Source: a virus (Duplodnaviria; Caudoviricetes). From it: a stretch of 44,850 nucleotides of DNA. The stretch spans positions 1-44,850 of IMG/VR virus record IMGVR_UViG_3300044652_000007; one strand, written 5' to 3'. This document shows, in pieces, positions 15,901 through 25,487 of the stretch. The notes beneath the pieces were generated by a model. It was not told the DNA's origin. It ran no database searches and worked only from the letters and a program-made list of their open reading frames with translations. Every line of letters begins with the position of its first letter. The stretch's first letter is position 1. The translations under genes and the position numbers were made by a program.

Positions 15901-18900
15901 GGACGGCGTCGGCCGCCTTCTCGTAGATCGACCCGTCCAGCCGGCTGTCCGGGTAGAGCGCGCGCATCCGCGCCTCGGTCTCGGTCGCGATCTGCTGCCG
16001 CTGGTCGGGCGCCTCAGTCAGCGCGCGCAAGAGGTCGGCACCGGAGGCGAACCCGAACACCTCGGCTGCCTGATCGGCGGTGATGCCGTCCTCGGTCGTG
16101 TAGATGTGCCGACCGCGGTTGGCGCCCTTGCGCTTGCCGCCCGGCAGCTTGGTCAGGTCGACGCCGCGCGCCTCCAGGTCGGCCTTGTCGAGCTTGATGG
16201 CCTCGGCCATCGGCTCGCCGTTCGGCAGCTTGCCGTTCTGGAGCGCGTTGAGCGCCAGGAACACCGGCCGGTTGCGCACGTCCTCGGTGACTTGTTTCGC
16301 CACCTGCTTCCGGCGCTCGTGGTACACCTCGGTCTGCGCCTTGCGCGCCTCGGCTTCGAGCCGCTTCTGGAGCGTGGCGACGGCCTCCTCGTGCGCCTTC
16401 CGGCCGGCGGCGCCGAGCGCCTTCCACTCGCTGTCCGACATGCCCTCCGGCTTCTCAGCGAACAGCGGCGTGGCCTTCGCCTCGGCCTCGGCGTTGGCGA
16501 TCTCGTCGTCCGTCGCGAGCAGCCGGTCGAACACGCCGCGCACGTCGTCGGTGAGGTTGGCGCCCAGCGTGGTCAGCTTGCGGTAGAGGTCGGCAAACCA
16601 CTGCTTCACGCGCGCGAACGTCTCGCGCAGCTCCAGCGACGGCGCCTTCCCCTCCATCAAGTACGTCTCGAAGCCCTTGGCGAACTGCTCATGCTGCGCC
16701 GTGCCGATCTCGCTGCGATCCTTCACGCCCAGCCACGCGAGGATCTTGGCGTAGTCGCCGCGGATCTGCTCCGGCGCCTTCTCGTGCGCGGCGAGGTCGC
16801 CGTACACCTGGAGGAAGAGGTGGCCGCCCTCGTGCAGAACGGTGGACAGATCCTTCTGCTCGAACAGGTGAATCGCCGTCTTGCCCTGCGCGAACGTGAT
16901 CTGGCCGCGGCGCGTGTCCTCGCCCGGCTGCGCCAGGACCGTCTCGCCTTCTGCCGGCACCGGCACGCCGTTGTCCGCGCGCGCGATCGTCAGGCCGTAG
17001 CGGTCGTAGAGGTCGCGCGCCGTCAGCCGCGGCTCGCCCTCGGCCGCGCCGGCGTTCATGCGCTCGGCGAGCGTGCGGAAGCCGGCCGCCAGGATCGACG
17101 CCTGGCGCTTCGCCGCCGACGCCTCGGTGCCCGCGTCGGTCAGTTGCTTGACCAGGTCGTCGAACACCTGCCGCGTCGGCTCGTCGCTGGCCACCTGCGC
17201 CGCAGCCTGCCGCACCTGCTCGCGCACCTGGTTGAGCTGCTCGGGCGCGGCCTGACGGAAGGACTCCGCCTCCGCGCCGGTCATCGCCTCGGGCGTCGGC
17301 TTGGCGTGCTGGGCGATGTCGTTGACGCCCTCGGCCTGCGCCGCGGCGGCGATGAACTTCTCGACCGGGACGGCCACGTCGCCGCCGGTGGCGAGCGCCT
17401 CCTTGTACGAGGCTTCGGCGCCCAGCGCGCGCGCGGCATCGAGCGGCTCGGCGCCGGTGGCCTTTGCCAGCCGGTCGAACTGCTCGGCCTGCATGAAGGT
17501 CAGCCGGTTGGGGCCGCCCAGCTTCGCCGCGAGGTCGGCCATCAACTCCGGCGAGCGCTCGGCCAGCTTCGACTGCTTGGCGGTGTCGATCACCGTTTGC
17601 AGGTTGGTCGCGTAGGTGCGCCCGGCATCCGCCGCCATCGTGTCGCGGTGGAACTTCTCGATGATCGCGCCCGGCGCGTGCATGATGCCGGTCTGCGCGC
17701 CGGCGAGGATCGCCGCCGACAGCAGCCGCGGCATCAGCCGGTCGACGGACAGCGCCTGCGGGTCGACGCCCGACAGGTACTCGTGCGCCGCGTTGAACGC
17801 CTCCTGCGCCTCCTGCTGGCCCACCTGGACGCCGATGTCCTTGGAGAGCTGCACCGCCGCGGCGGCCCAGCCACGATCGGCGACCGAGGCGCCATCGCCC
17901 AGCAGCACGCGCGCCGCGCCGCCAGCCTCGCCGGTCAGCAGCGGGAACGCCGCCGGCACCGCCGAGTTGATGAGCAGGTTCATCGCGCCGTAGCCGAGCC
18001 CGTGCAACCGCGCCGCCTCGGCCGCGTTGGACACGTTGATCGGCGCGTAGGCCGCCATCACGCGCACCGCCTGCTGGACGCGCGTCGCCGCCGGCAGCGC
18101 CTTGGACGCGAGGCCGCCCAGGAACATGAGCGGCAGATCCGACGCGAGGCCCACGGCGCCGCGCCAGGTCTGGCCGTACACGCCCGGATGCGCCCGCTCG
18201 GCCGCGGCCTGGAGGAGCTGATCGTCCTGGTCGTCCTGCTGGCTGACACCGCCGAACAGCCGTTCCAGGTTCACGGTCAGCCGCGCCGTGCCCGAGCCGA
18301 AGAAGCCGGCGAGGTTGGACACGAGCTGCGGGTGATCCGTCGCCAGGCCCTGGATCTCGCTCTCGCGGATGTCCTTGAGCCAGTCGAGGTACTCGTTGCG
18401 GAACTGATCGAGCGTGCCAATGCGCGCGTAGTTGCCGTTCTCCAGCTTCTGCGTCACGTATCCGAGTTGATCGAAGGCGTAGCCGGGCGGCAGGTTGCCC
18501 GAGAGATCGTCCGGGTTCGTGAGCGCCCGCATCGCCAGATCGAAGGCGCGCAGCACCGGCACGTCGTCGTGCGCGACGGCGGAGTGATCCGGCACGGACA
18601 GCCACTGCGCCAACTCGGGGTGCTCGCGCAGGAGCTGGCCCACATCGGTGTCGCCGAGCTTCTTCTGCGATGACGCCAGCTCGAAGTTGCGGTCCACCCA
18701 CTCCGCCGGCGCGTTCAGCTCCTTCGCCAGCGCCAGCACCTTCGCCTGGCGCTCGGGATCCTTCGGCGCGGCGAGGTGCAACGACGCCTGGAGCTGTTGG
18801 TACTCCAGGCCGGCGTACGTCGAGCCGAGCTTGACGACCGGATCGGTTTCCTGCGGCGGCGGCGCGCCATCCGCGGCGTACTGCCGACCGAGCGCTACGA

Positions 18901-19081
18901 CCGGGTCTGCCTCGTCCGCCGGCGGCGCGACAGCAGGCCCACCGCCATCCGAAACTGGATGATTCGCAGCAGGCTCGGGCGGTGCCAGGAACGCCGATTC
19001 ATCGTAGGGGAGACCGCCCTGCGCGAACAGCGGCGTGACCTCGACGGGCGGCGCTGGTGCATTGGGGTCATTCTCCGGCAT
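12959..19081 (-). CDS. Large internal virion / DNA ejection protein (2040 aa)
   Basis: Size, helical composition and position before the tail fibre; DLSTVLHEGGHLFL...HEQFAKGFETYLMEGKAPS segment typical of BPP-1/epsilon15-like ejection proteins. Confidence 0.85.
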   Translation of the reverse strand: MPENDPNAPAPPVEVTPLFAQGGLPYDESAFLAPPEPAANHPVSDGGGPAVAPPADEADPVVALGRQYAADGAPPPQETDPVVKLGSTYAGLEYQQLQASLHLAAPKDPERQAKVLALAKELNAPAEWVDRNFELASSQKKLGDTDVGQLLREHPELAQWLSVPDHSAVAHDDVPVLRAFDLAMRALTNPDDLSGNLPPGYAFDQLGYVTQKLENGNYARIGTLDQFRNEYLDWLKDIRESEIQGLATDHPQLVSNLAGFFGSGTARLTVNLERLFGGVSQQDDQDDQLLQAAAERAHPGVYGQTWRGAVGLASDLPLMFLGGLASKALPAATRVQQAVRVMAAYAPINVSNAAEAARLHGLGYGAMNLLINSAVPAAFPLLTGEAGGAARVLLGDGASVADRGWAAAAVQLSKDIGVQVGQQEAQEAFNAAHEYLSGVDPQALSVDRLMPRLLSAAILAGAQTGIMHAPGAIIEKFHRDTMAADAGRTYATNLQTVIDTAKQSKLAERSPELMADLAAKLGGPNRLTFMQAEQFDRLAKATGAEPLDAARALGAEASYKEALATGGDVAVPVEKFIAAAAQAEGVNDIAQHAKPTPEAMTGAEAESFRQAAPEQLNQVREQVRQAAAQVASDEPTRQVFDDLVKQLTDAGTEASAAKRQASILAAGFRTLAERMNAGAAEGEPRLTARDLYDRYGLTIARADNGVPVPAEGETVLAQPGEDTRRGQITFAQGKTAIHLFEQKDLSTVLHEGGHLFLQVYGDLAAHEKAPEQIRGDYAKILAWLGVKDRSEIGTAQHEQFAKGFETYLMEGKAPSLELRETFARVKQWFADLYRKLTTLGANLTDDVRGVFDRLLATDDEIANAEAEAKATPLFAEKPEGMSDSEWKALGAAGRKAHEEAVATLQKRLEAEARKAQTEVYHERRKQVAKQVTEDVRNRPVFLALNALQNGKLPNGEPMAEAIKLDKADLEARGVDLTKLPGGKRKGANRGRHIYTTEDGITADQAAEVFGFASGADLLRALTEAPDQRQQIATETEARMRALYPDSRLDGSIYEKAADAVQNENRAEVVHAELKALRKLAREAKPVAKEAADRAANLERAKAELAAEDARQQATAEGAYADAVKNAAVSAIPPVELVRAAAKETIRNKRIREVNAKGYLTAARKASREAFAAAAKGDWNAAAEAKQRELMSHELYRAATDRMAEVDKNLAHIRDLQKQRGRERIGKAGGWEWTVTNPDGSTQAFGTEAEAEHAAKNVAGATYARTSGYLEQMDALLARFDLTTIPYEQVTRRESLAAWIAEREAAGEQVVIPDEMRDEARRTNWRSLTVDEFAALNDAVRNIEAMALNKRKLLEQQRKETLDEARKTMADTVVEFGGKEKSKPIGPSLLSGPARAFGRFVGALRKMTSRLYEMDGFKHGALWDHITRRLNEASDRERTDKREAAEKYSALAKAWGKLGPMARVRKEIPGLDRPITLEQRIMVALNWGNEGNRKRLLRQFTQDEVHAILDSLDEKDWHYVQGTLDLVNSYWYRIAAKQQRVTGVAPEKVDALPVETRFGTFKGGYFPIAYDPTRSTKAHGQLRAEQASLMKAGGYGAATTRRNHTKARAEDGLGVPLRLEFGVLYEHLNRVFHDLAYHETLIDINRLLNKDGEVETAIRKHYGDGAMEDIRAALEDSAAGDVFSQDGMERAINWIASGSSTAAMAWNLQVALMNGSGIFQVMTRVGAGKMAKTIGRLVANPLAWKNAAAWVDEMSPYMRERARMRNRTIGDVNERLRATGVLTPIRETFHYLVTKMDRAVGVLTWVAAHEKALEEHDGDVAKAAAIADSTVRETQGSNDPHDLASIQRGHPLKRLFTQFIHYANTTYNLRAESLKRYGSTFQAPTSLPAIGHDLAATGKLAVDMMLLYVLPAAAVTALRNFLHPHPNKDKDATITEEIGGMLLGEIPLARDFSATLFRGMGYHGPTGTRGLEQLGTFAEKLHEKWEHPNRDTKLGEAAFDVAGVLTHWPTAQTARTAEGFAYWLEHGGSPAPLIGGPPPKR

Positions 19082-20759
19082 TCGCTGCCTTCGACGCCAG
19101 CTCGACGTTGTAGGCGTGCACGATCATGTCGGCGGTGACGTTCTTCACGCCGCCCTTGCGCAGCCGGTCGGCGAGGTCGAGCCGCTTGGTGGGGTCCACG
19201 TCCTCCAGCCGGAACACGAGCTTGCCCGCGTTCGGCGTCTGGAAGGCAGGAAGCTGCTGCGTGTTGGTGCCCCAGAACCGCCCCGGCTTGGTCAGCGACA
19301 CCTGCTGCGTCAGCTCGTCGGCGATCTTCTGCGCATCCTGCTCGCTCGGCGCCTTGCCGGTGATCGCGGCGTTGGCCTCCACAGCCCGGTCGAGCTGATT
19401 GCGGAAGGCGTTGGCCTTCGCCAGCGCGTCCTTGTCGTCCTTCACGTCGGCGTTGCCGAGGCCCAGCCCGTCGAGCGCGCGCTTGGCGACGCGGTCGACC
19501 AGCGACCACTCCACGAGCTTGCCCGGGTTCGCCTGGCCCTCGCGGATCTTCTGCTGCGTGTCTTGGAGCGATGCGTAGTCCTTCGGCGAGAGCTGCGCGC
19601 GGAAGCGCCGGAGGTCAGCCTGCGCGAACTGGCCCGGCGTCTGCACCGCGGCATCGCGCAGCGCGTAGTACTGGTCGCTGTTGTCCGGCGTGAAGCGCCC
19701 GCTGGCGATCTGCGTGCCGAGGACCGACAGCGCCTCACGATGCTGCGGCGACAGCTTGGCGAAGTCGGCCGGGCTGATGGCGCCCAGGTCGCCGCCGTTC
19801 TGCCGCAGCTTGAGGTCGAGCGAGTCGTACAGCGTCTCGGCGTCCTGCCGCGCCGTCGCATCGCGCACTGCCAGTTGGTGCTCGACGCGCTCCTGCGTCG
19901 CATCGCGCAGCTTCGGGTCGCTGATCTTGGCGACGGCGTCGAGCGCCGCGGCGCGGTCGGGCGCAGCCGCGAGGATCGCGTCGGACTGCCGCTGGCTCTC
20001 GGCGCGTGTGGACGCGATCTCCAACGCCTGGTCGAGCTGCGCCTGCTCGTTGCCGGGGATCTGGTCCTTCCACTTGGTGTAGAGGTCGCGCGCGGCGATG
20101 TCGTTCCCATCGGTCAGCGTGCGCCGGATCACGTCGGCGTAGGTGCCCCCGACGTGGTTCTGGATCTGCGCCTGGACCCACTCCGGGGGCGAGCCGTTGC
20201 GCTTGGCGTACTGCTCGATGCGCACGCGCTGGGCGAACGCCTCGGCCTCGACGCGATCCGGGTTGTTGGCGTTGGCGACCGCCGCCGCCTGCGAGGTCGA
20301 GAGGAAGCCGGCGAAGGCCTGGTCATCGACCGACTGCACCTCGCGGGCGGTGTGCTCCATCGCCGCCGCGGACAGCCCGAGGCGCCGGCCCGCGGCGAGC
20401 TGGGCGAACTGCTGCCGCTGCGTGTCGTTCTTGAGCGTGCTGGCGACATCCGCCGCCTGCTGGTCGAAGTCCGCCAGCGCCGCGTCGTGCGCGCCCAGCG
20501 CGTCCATGCCGCGCTTCTGGCGCATGTCCGCTTCGATCTTGTTGTACCGCTCGCCGAGGTCGGCAGCAGCCGCCAGCCCCATGATCTCGTCGCCGCGCTG
20601 CTTCGCCTGGAGCGCCACGTCGGTGCCGGCGTCAGCCAGCGCGCTCGCCCCCTGCGCCACGCCACCGCCCATCGCCTCGGGCGTCGCCTGGACGTTGAGG
20701 CCGCCGCCTGGGATGTTCCCCTGCTGCACCTGCTGGTCGTACACTGGCACAGTTGGCAC
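19068..20759 (-). CDS. Internal virion / ejection protein (563 aa)
   Basis: MPTVPVYDQQV N-terminus, Ala/Gln-rich helical, middle of three ejection genes. Confidence 0.8.
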   Translation of the reverse strand: MPTVPVYDQQVQQGNIPGGGLNVQATPEAMGGGVAQGASALADAGTDVALQAKQRGDEIMGLAAAADLGERYNKIEADMRQKRGMDALGAHDAALADFDQQAADVASTLKNDTQRQQFAQLAAGRRLGLSAAAMEHTAREVQSVDDQAFAGFLSTSQAAAVANANNPDRVEAEAFAQRVRIEQYAKRNGSPPEWVQAQIQNHVGGTYADVIRRTLTDGNDIAARDLYTKWKDQIPGNEQAQLDQALEIASTRAESQRQSDAILAAAPDRAAALDAVAKISDPKLRDATQERVEHQLAVRDATARQDAETLYDSLDLKLRQNGGDLGAISPADFAKLSPQHREALSVLGTQIASGRFTPDNSDQYYALRDAAVQTPGQFAQADLRRFRAQLSPKDYASLQDTQQKIREGQANPGKLVEWSLVDRVAKRALDGLGLGNADVKDDKDALAKANAFRNQLDRAVEANAAITGKAPSEQDAQKIADELTQQVSLTKPGRFWGTNTQQLPAFQTPNAGKLVFRLEDVDPTKRLDLADRLRKGGVKNVTADMIVHAYNVELASKAANAGE

Positions 20760-20762
20760 AGG

Positions 20763-21335
20763 TCACGCCCCGTCGTTCAGCCGGTCGTACGTCTTGAACG
20801 CCGTCGCCGACCCGCCGAGCAGCGTCGCCGCGGCGCGGTTGTTGGCCTCCGCCACGTCGAGCCGGGCCTGGGCGCGGTTGCTCACCGCCCCGAGCTGGTA
20901 GCCAAACGCCTGCAACGTCGCGTTGAGTCGGGTGGTTTCCACGTCGTTCGCCAGCGCTGCCTCGGACTGCCGCAGGATGTCGGCGCTGGTATCCTGATCG
21001 ACTACCACATTGCCGCCAGCGAAGGCTGCCCGCTGCCCGGCGAAGATGGCTCGCCCGCGCGCGCGCAGCGCATTGACCTCGCGCTCCCCGCCGGCGATGG
21101 CGTTGGCAGCCTGCACATCGCCGAGGTACGCGTTGATGCGCTTGATGCGGGCGTTGTATTGGCCGGCCTTGTAGGTGGCGAACGCCTGGGCGCCGTAGCC
21201 CGCGAGCTGTGCGCCGGCGACGTAGCCGGCGCCCGTGCCGCTGGTCGGCTGCGCCGGACCCTGGAGGCGGTTGGTCGCGTAAGGGCTGTTGGAGTACGTG
21301 GCCGCCGCCGCTGCGCTGCTCTGTCCGTCGCTCAT
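20763..21335 (-). CDS. Internal virion / ejection protein (190 aa)
   Basis: G.QRAAFAGGNVVVDQDTSADIL...T.RLNA..QAFGYQ pattern of the small ejection protein; synteny. Confidence 0.8.
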   Translation of the reverse strand: MSDGQSSAAAAATYSNSPYATNRLQGPAQPTSGTGAGYVAGAQLAGYGAQAFATYKAGQYNARIKRINAYLGDVQAANAIAGGEREVNALRARGRAIFAGQRAAFAGGNVVVDQDTSADILRQSEAALANDVETTRLNATLQAFGYQLGAVSNRAQARLDVAEANNRAAATLLGGSATAFKTYDRLNDGA

Positions 21336-21336
21336 C

Positions 21337-24135
21337 TCAGCCCCCCACCTGCACCGCCGGCACGATCGCCAGGATGGACAAGGGCAGCGGGTCCGGCTGG
21401 CGGATGGTCAGCCGGCCGCGGCGGTTCCAGGTCGTCGTCACCGGGATGGTGACGGCGCCGGTGTAGACCGCGTCCGTGTCCTCCGGGTCGTCCGACCGCT
21501 GGCGCCACTGCACCAGGTCGTCGGCGTCGATGCCCAGGTCCATGTTGCGCGACGCCTCGACCAGCACGGTGATGTCCGTGATCCGCTTCTGCTTGTTGGT
21601 CAGCGGCTCGGGCGTGCCGGCGGGATCGATGTCGAGCGTTTCGACCTCGGCGAGGATCGGCAGGCCGGCGCGGACGATCACCGCCGGCACCGGCAGGATG
21701 ACGTTGGACGACGCCGTCTGCTGCGGCGACGGTGCGCCGTCGAGCAGGAAGCCAACCGTGCGGCCGGCGAGCCACGAGCAGTCGAGGTGCGCGCGCGCCC
21801 ACGCCCAGGCCGCCGTGCCCGAGCCGCGCAGCGACACCGGGACCGACTGATCCACGACGACGCTCGCGACGTTGGCGTTGGTCACCGCGGTGATGCGCGC
21901 CTTGACCGTCACGCCGCTGACGGTCAGCCGGATCTCGTCGCCCGGCAGCCAGGACGTGCCGAACAGGAGCGAGCCGCCGTTGACCACGTCGGCCGCGGTG
22001 AGCGTCAGCACCTCGCTGCCGTCCCACGCGCTGCCGCCCGAGAGCGTCATCGTCAGGTTCGGGTTCGTGTTGGTCCCGTCGAACAGCTTGGAGCAGTCGA
22101 GGAAGCACGCGTCGGTAGCCAGATTGGATACGAAACGCGACGCGAAGCGCTCGATGTAACGCTTGGTCTGGCCACCGACGGTGCGGCGTACGACGGTGTA
22201 GACCGCGTCCTCCGCACCCTCGGGGATGGTCACGATGGACTCGAACGCATCGCCGGCGTCGGCGCCGGTGTCATGACGATGCCAGCCTGCGATCTCGTGC
22301 TGTTCCACGTAGGTGAGGCCCAGCATCGCGCCATCCGACCGCACCGTCCAGACGATCGACTGCGGGATGCGCGCGGCGTCCCACGCCTCGATGGTGTACC
22401 CGTCGAACAGGTGCTGGCTGTAGATCGTGAGGTCGTTGGCAGGGTAGCCGTCGGTGTTCACGTCGTACTTGATGTACGACACCTGCGTGCCGCGCGCCTG
22501 TACGTACAGCGCGGTCGAGCCGACGATGATCGGCCGCAGCGTCGAGGACCCGCTGTACCCCACCTGGCGCAGATTCGGCGCGGTCGGCTTGAGCACGCCA
22601 TCGCCGTCGCCCTGCACGACCCACTCGCCGCCGGCCGTCAGCAGGAACAGCTTGCCGAGGTCGATCATGTGCCGGATCGACTGGACCTCCAAGCCGTTCG
22701 GCGTGAACGAGAAGGAGCCGTCCACGTCGGTGGCGTTGGCGACCGCGAAGTTGTGGTAGTCGCCGACACGCGACGCCCACACCTTCTCCGGGCTGTTCAG
22801 CGTGTTCGCCAGGAGCAGCCGCTGCTGGAAGTAGCCGATGCACGCCGGGTAGTTGCCCGCGGTCTCGAACAGCGGCCGCGTGATCGGCGGCGTCGTCGAG
22901 GTGTCCGGCTGGATGCCATCGTCCGTGAACGTCAGCGCCTTGGTGGTGCCGATGTAGCACTGAAAGCCATTCTTCTCGCGGTACACGTTGTACTCGCGCG
23001 CGCCCGCTACCGCGTTCCAGGTGATCGTCACGGGCGTCGAGGTGGACGGATCCGCGATGGATCCCACCTGCACGTTCGCGCGCTGGATCGTCCCGCGTCC
23101 GTTGTAGTGCGAGGTGTCGTAGCCCGTGGTGTTGCGCAGTGAGAAGGTGTTGGCGTCGATCACGTCCACGATGTAGGTCGAGCCGTTCAGCCGCTGGAGC
23201 GCGCCCAGGCCGCCAGCCGGGTAGTACGGCGAGGACCAGCCGCGCGCCAACGCGCTGGACGAGTAGCCGAAGCCAGCCAGCCGCACTTCGTTGCCAGTCA
23301 CGAGCTGGTGCGCCGTCGGCGCGGTCGAGAGCGTGACGAGCGCGCCAGAGGCGGACGCGATGCTGGTCACGGCGAGCGTCGCGCCGGCGCCGGCCCCCGT
23401 GACATCGGCGGTGCCGACGGTCGACTCGAAGTACGTGTCCTCCTGCACCGCCGTCACGGTCCACGAGTAGGTTTTGCTGCCGGCCGTGCCCGCGGCGTGG
23501 ATGTTGGTCGGCGGCGTGATCCCGGGGCCAAAGCTCGCGGGCGTGAGCGTCCACGTGGTGTGCCCGTAGCGGCGCAGCTCGCTCGTCGCGTAGTTGTTGT
23601 GGGTGATCGTGACGATGTCAGCGCTCTGTGCGAACTGGAGCGTGGAGCAGTCCGCGAACGCATACGGCGTCGGGATCTCGTACACCTGCGCGCCGCCCAC
23701 CGTGGAGAAGCGGTACCAGTAGGTGTTGTTCACGTCCGGCGCCGAGTTGCTGTTGGCCGTCGTGCAGTACCAGAGCGTGCCGGTGCCGTCGTCGGCGATG
23801 TCGCCCACGGCGTACGCCTTGGTCGCGTCCCACACCGCACCGGTCGGCACCTGGAGTGCGCGGTTGCGCCAGATCCGCAGGTACTGATCGCCGAACTCCA
23901 AGAGGTACGTCTGGTCGGCGTTGAACACGAACTTGTAGGCCATCGCACCGACCGCCGACTGCGCGACCTCGCCCACCAGCTCCGTGCCGGCGCGGTTGTC
24001 CAGCTTGCCCGAGCGGTTGATGGTGAAGTTGCGGCACGTCGCCAGGCCGGTCGCGACCTTGGTCTGGTCCGTGCGCGCGTGCAGCGCCGGCGCCACCTCA
24101 CCGCCGGCGAATGAACGCTGGGCGATGGAGGGCAT
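21337..24135 (-). CDS. Tail tubular protein B / nozzle (932 aa)
   Basis: QRSFAGGEVAP.LHARTD...CRNF, YLLEFGDQYLR, YPACIGYFQQRL, WASRVGDYHNF, IAGWHRH, IRQPDPLPLSIL. Confidence 0.9.
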   Translation of the reverse strand: MPSIAQRSFAGGEVAPALHARTDQTKVATGLATCRNFTINRSGKLDNRAGTELVGEVAQSAVGAMAYKFVFNADQTYLLEFGDQYLRIWRNRALQVPTGAVWDATKAYAVGDIADDGTGTLWYCTTANSNSAPDVNNTYWYRFSTVGGAQVYEIPTPYAFADCSTLQFAQSADIVTITHNNYATSELRRYGHTTWTLTPASFGPGITPPTNIHAAGTAGSKTYSWTVTAVQEDTYFESTVGTADVTGAGAGATLAVTSIASASGALVTLSTAPTAHQLVTGNEVRLAGFGYSSSALARGWSSPYYPAGGLGALQRLNGSTYIVDVIDANTFSLRNTTGYDTSHYNGRGTIQRANVQVGSIADPSTSTPVTITWNAVAGAREYNVYREKNGFQCYIGTTKALTFTDDGIQPDTSTTPPITRPLFETAGNYPACIGYFQQRLLLANTLNSPEKVWASRVGDYHNFAVANATDVDGSFSFTPNGLEVQSIRHMIDLGKLFLLTAGGEWVVQGDGDGVLKPTAPNLRQVGYSGSSTLRPIIVGSTALYVQARGTQVSYIKYDVNTDGYPANDLTIYSQHLFDGYTIEAWDAARIPQSIVWTVRSDGAMLGLTYVEQHEIAGWHRHDTGADAGDAFESIVTIPEGAEDAVYTVVRRTVGGQTKRYIERFASRFVSNLATDACFLDCSKLFDGTNTNPNLTMTLSGGSAWDGSEVLTLTAADVVNGGSLLFGTSWLPGDEIRLTVSGVTVKARITAVTNANVASVVVDQSVPVSLRGSGTAAWAWARAHLDCSWLAGRTVGFLLDGAPSPQQTASSNVILPVPAVIVRAGLPILAEVETLDIDPAGTPEPLTNKQKRITDITVLVEASRNMDLGIDADDLVQWRQRSDDPEDTDAVYTGAVTIPVTTTWNRRGRLTIRQPDPLPLSILAIVPAVQVGG

Positions 24136-24779
24136 CAGATCCTCGCTCGGATCGACCCGGCGTCCGGCTGACGCCGCGGGCTGGCCTCGTTGTCCGCGCT
24201 CGCGGCGACGCCGGCGACGGCCTGCTGGTAGCCCTGCCACATCGCTTGCGCGATCTCCGGCTTGCGCGCCAGGGAAGGCGCCAACTCAGCCGCCAGTCGC
24301 CACGCCACGGCGAGCGCGAACGACGGCGAGAAGAAGGCCGGCGACGGCAGCGTGCGCGTGTACTTGAGCGTCACCGGCGAGGCGAGATCGGTGTCGAGCA
24401 GGCCGCCCTGGGCGTCGCTCGTCACCTCGAAGGCAGTCGCCCCCTCCTGCTGGATGATGTTGATCGAGCCCGTCGGATCCAGGCCGAGGTCGGTGGCCAG
24501 CGGGATGACGAGGTAGCGCGCGCGGAAGCAGTCGGCCGGCAGCCGGTAGCGATATCCCCACTCGTCGGACGGATCGGTCTGCACCAGCGCGAGCGTCGCC
24601 GTCGCCGAGGCGAAGGGCCACGGATGGTCATACAGGACCGCATCGCGGCAGATCGCATACCACTGCTTGGCCGCCTGCGCCTCCGCACTGCGGTCGTCCA
24701 GCGACGCGATGGTGCGCGAGACGCCGATGCGTCCGAGCGCCAGGTTCGCGATCTGTGTGTCGCTGTAGGGAGCGGGCAT
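24135..24779 (-). CDS. Tail tubular protein A / head-tail adaptor (214 aa)
   Basis: IANLALGRIG...I.SLD...HPWPFA...WGYRYRLPADC...F..AVAWRLAAELAPSL. Confidence 0.88.
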   Translation of the reverse strand: MPAPYSDTQIANLALGRIGVSRTIASLDDRSAEAQAAKQWYAICRDAVLYDHPWPFASATATLALVQTDPSDEWGYRYRLPADCFRARYLVIPLATDLGLDPTGSINIIQQEGATAFEVTSDAQGGLLDTDLASPVTLKYTRTLPSPAFFSPSFALAVAWRLAAELAPSLARKPEIAQAMWQGYQQAVAGVAASADNEASPRRQPDAGSIRARI

Positions 24780-24783
24780 GGCG

Positions 24784-25020
24784 TCAGTCCAGGTGAGCGG
24801 TCCGGCGGAAGTGCTCGGCCATCTTCTCGTCCGACTGCGGCGGATGGTGGCCGTCGAAGCGACGCACGACGATGCGCGACTCGCCGCCATCGCCGCGGCC
24901 GTGCTTCACCTGGTAGATGTGCACGCCCTCCAGCGTCCCGACGAAGCGGTGCGACAGGTACACCCACGGCGCCGGTGCCTTGGCCTTCGGCTTGAGCTTC
25001 GACAGCAGCTTGCGGATCAC
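24784..25020 (-). CDS. Hypothetical basic protein (78 aa)
   Basis: GTGA overlap, VIRKLLSKLKPKAK...; fills operon. Confidence 0.55.
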   Translation of the reverse strand: MIRKLLSKLKPKAKAPAPWVYLSHRFVGTLEGVHIYQVKHGRGDGGESRIVVRRFDGHHPPQSDEKMAEHFRRTAHLD

Positions 25021-25487
25021 GGAGCCCCCGCGGTGAAGTAGGAACCGATATCCATCGTGGTGGCGACGCCGGCGACCGAACGGTGCTGGCACCATTCCAG
25101 CGCGACCGTGCCGCCGCCGGCGGGCAGGCGGATGCCGATCTCGGAGAACAGCACGCCGGAGGTCCCCGCCGGCGGGTCGAGATGGAAGTAGGCCGCGGCC
25201 GAGGCGCCGACGTTGATGCCGATGCCCTGCTCGCCCATGCCCTCCGGCGGCTGCCGGTAGCCGTCGAGCGGGAACCACAGCCACGGATGGCCGATGACGC
25301 CGACGGAGCCGGTCGGCAGTCGCAGGTTCCAGCGGATGCCGCCGTGGCCCGCCGGCAGCAGGACGCGCAGCGACAGCCGCACGAGGAACGAGCCGGCGGA
25401 GCCGACCGCCGCCTGCAGGTCCGGGTCCGCGGCGAGCGTCGTCGTCGCGCTGCGGCTCGTCGCGCTGGTTTTGATCGCGCCGGCCAT
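25017..25487 (-). CDS. Beta-rich hypothetical protein, fibre-tip-like (156 aa)
   Basis: TGATG coupling; RSATTTLAADPDL...GGTVALEWCQ...GSYF. Confidence 0.65.
   Translation of the reverse strand: MAGAIKTSATSRSATTTLAADPDLQAAVGSAGSFLVRLSLRVLLPAGHGGIRWNLRLPTGSVGVIGHPWLWFPLDGYRQPPEGMGEQGIGINVGASAAAYFHLDPPAGTSGVLFSEIGIRLPAGGGTVALEWCQHRSVAGVATTMDIGSYFTAGAP

Noticed and set aside
11432-18673. 2413-aa plus-strand ORF (also 19035-21452, 27129-30470, 33751-35409 and similar)
   Set aside because: Antisense shadows of clear minus-strand virion genes; Arg/Gly-rich with no motifs, as expected from high-GC codon bias
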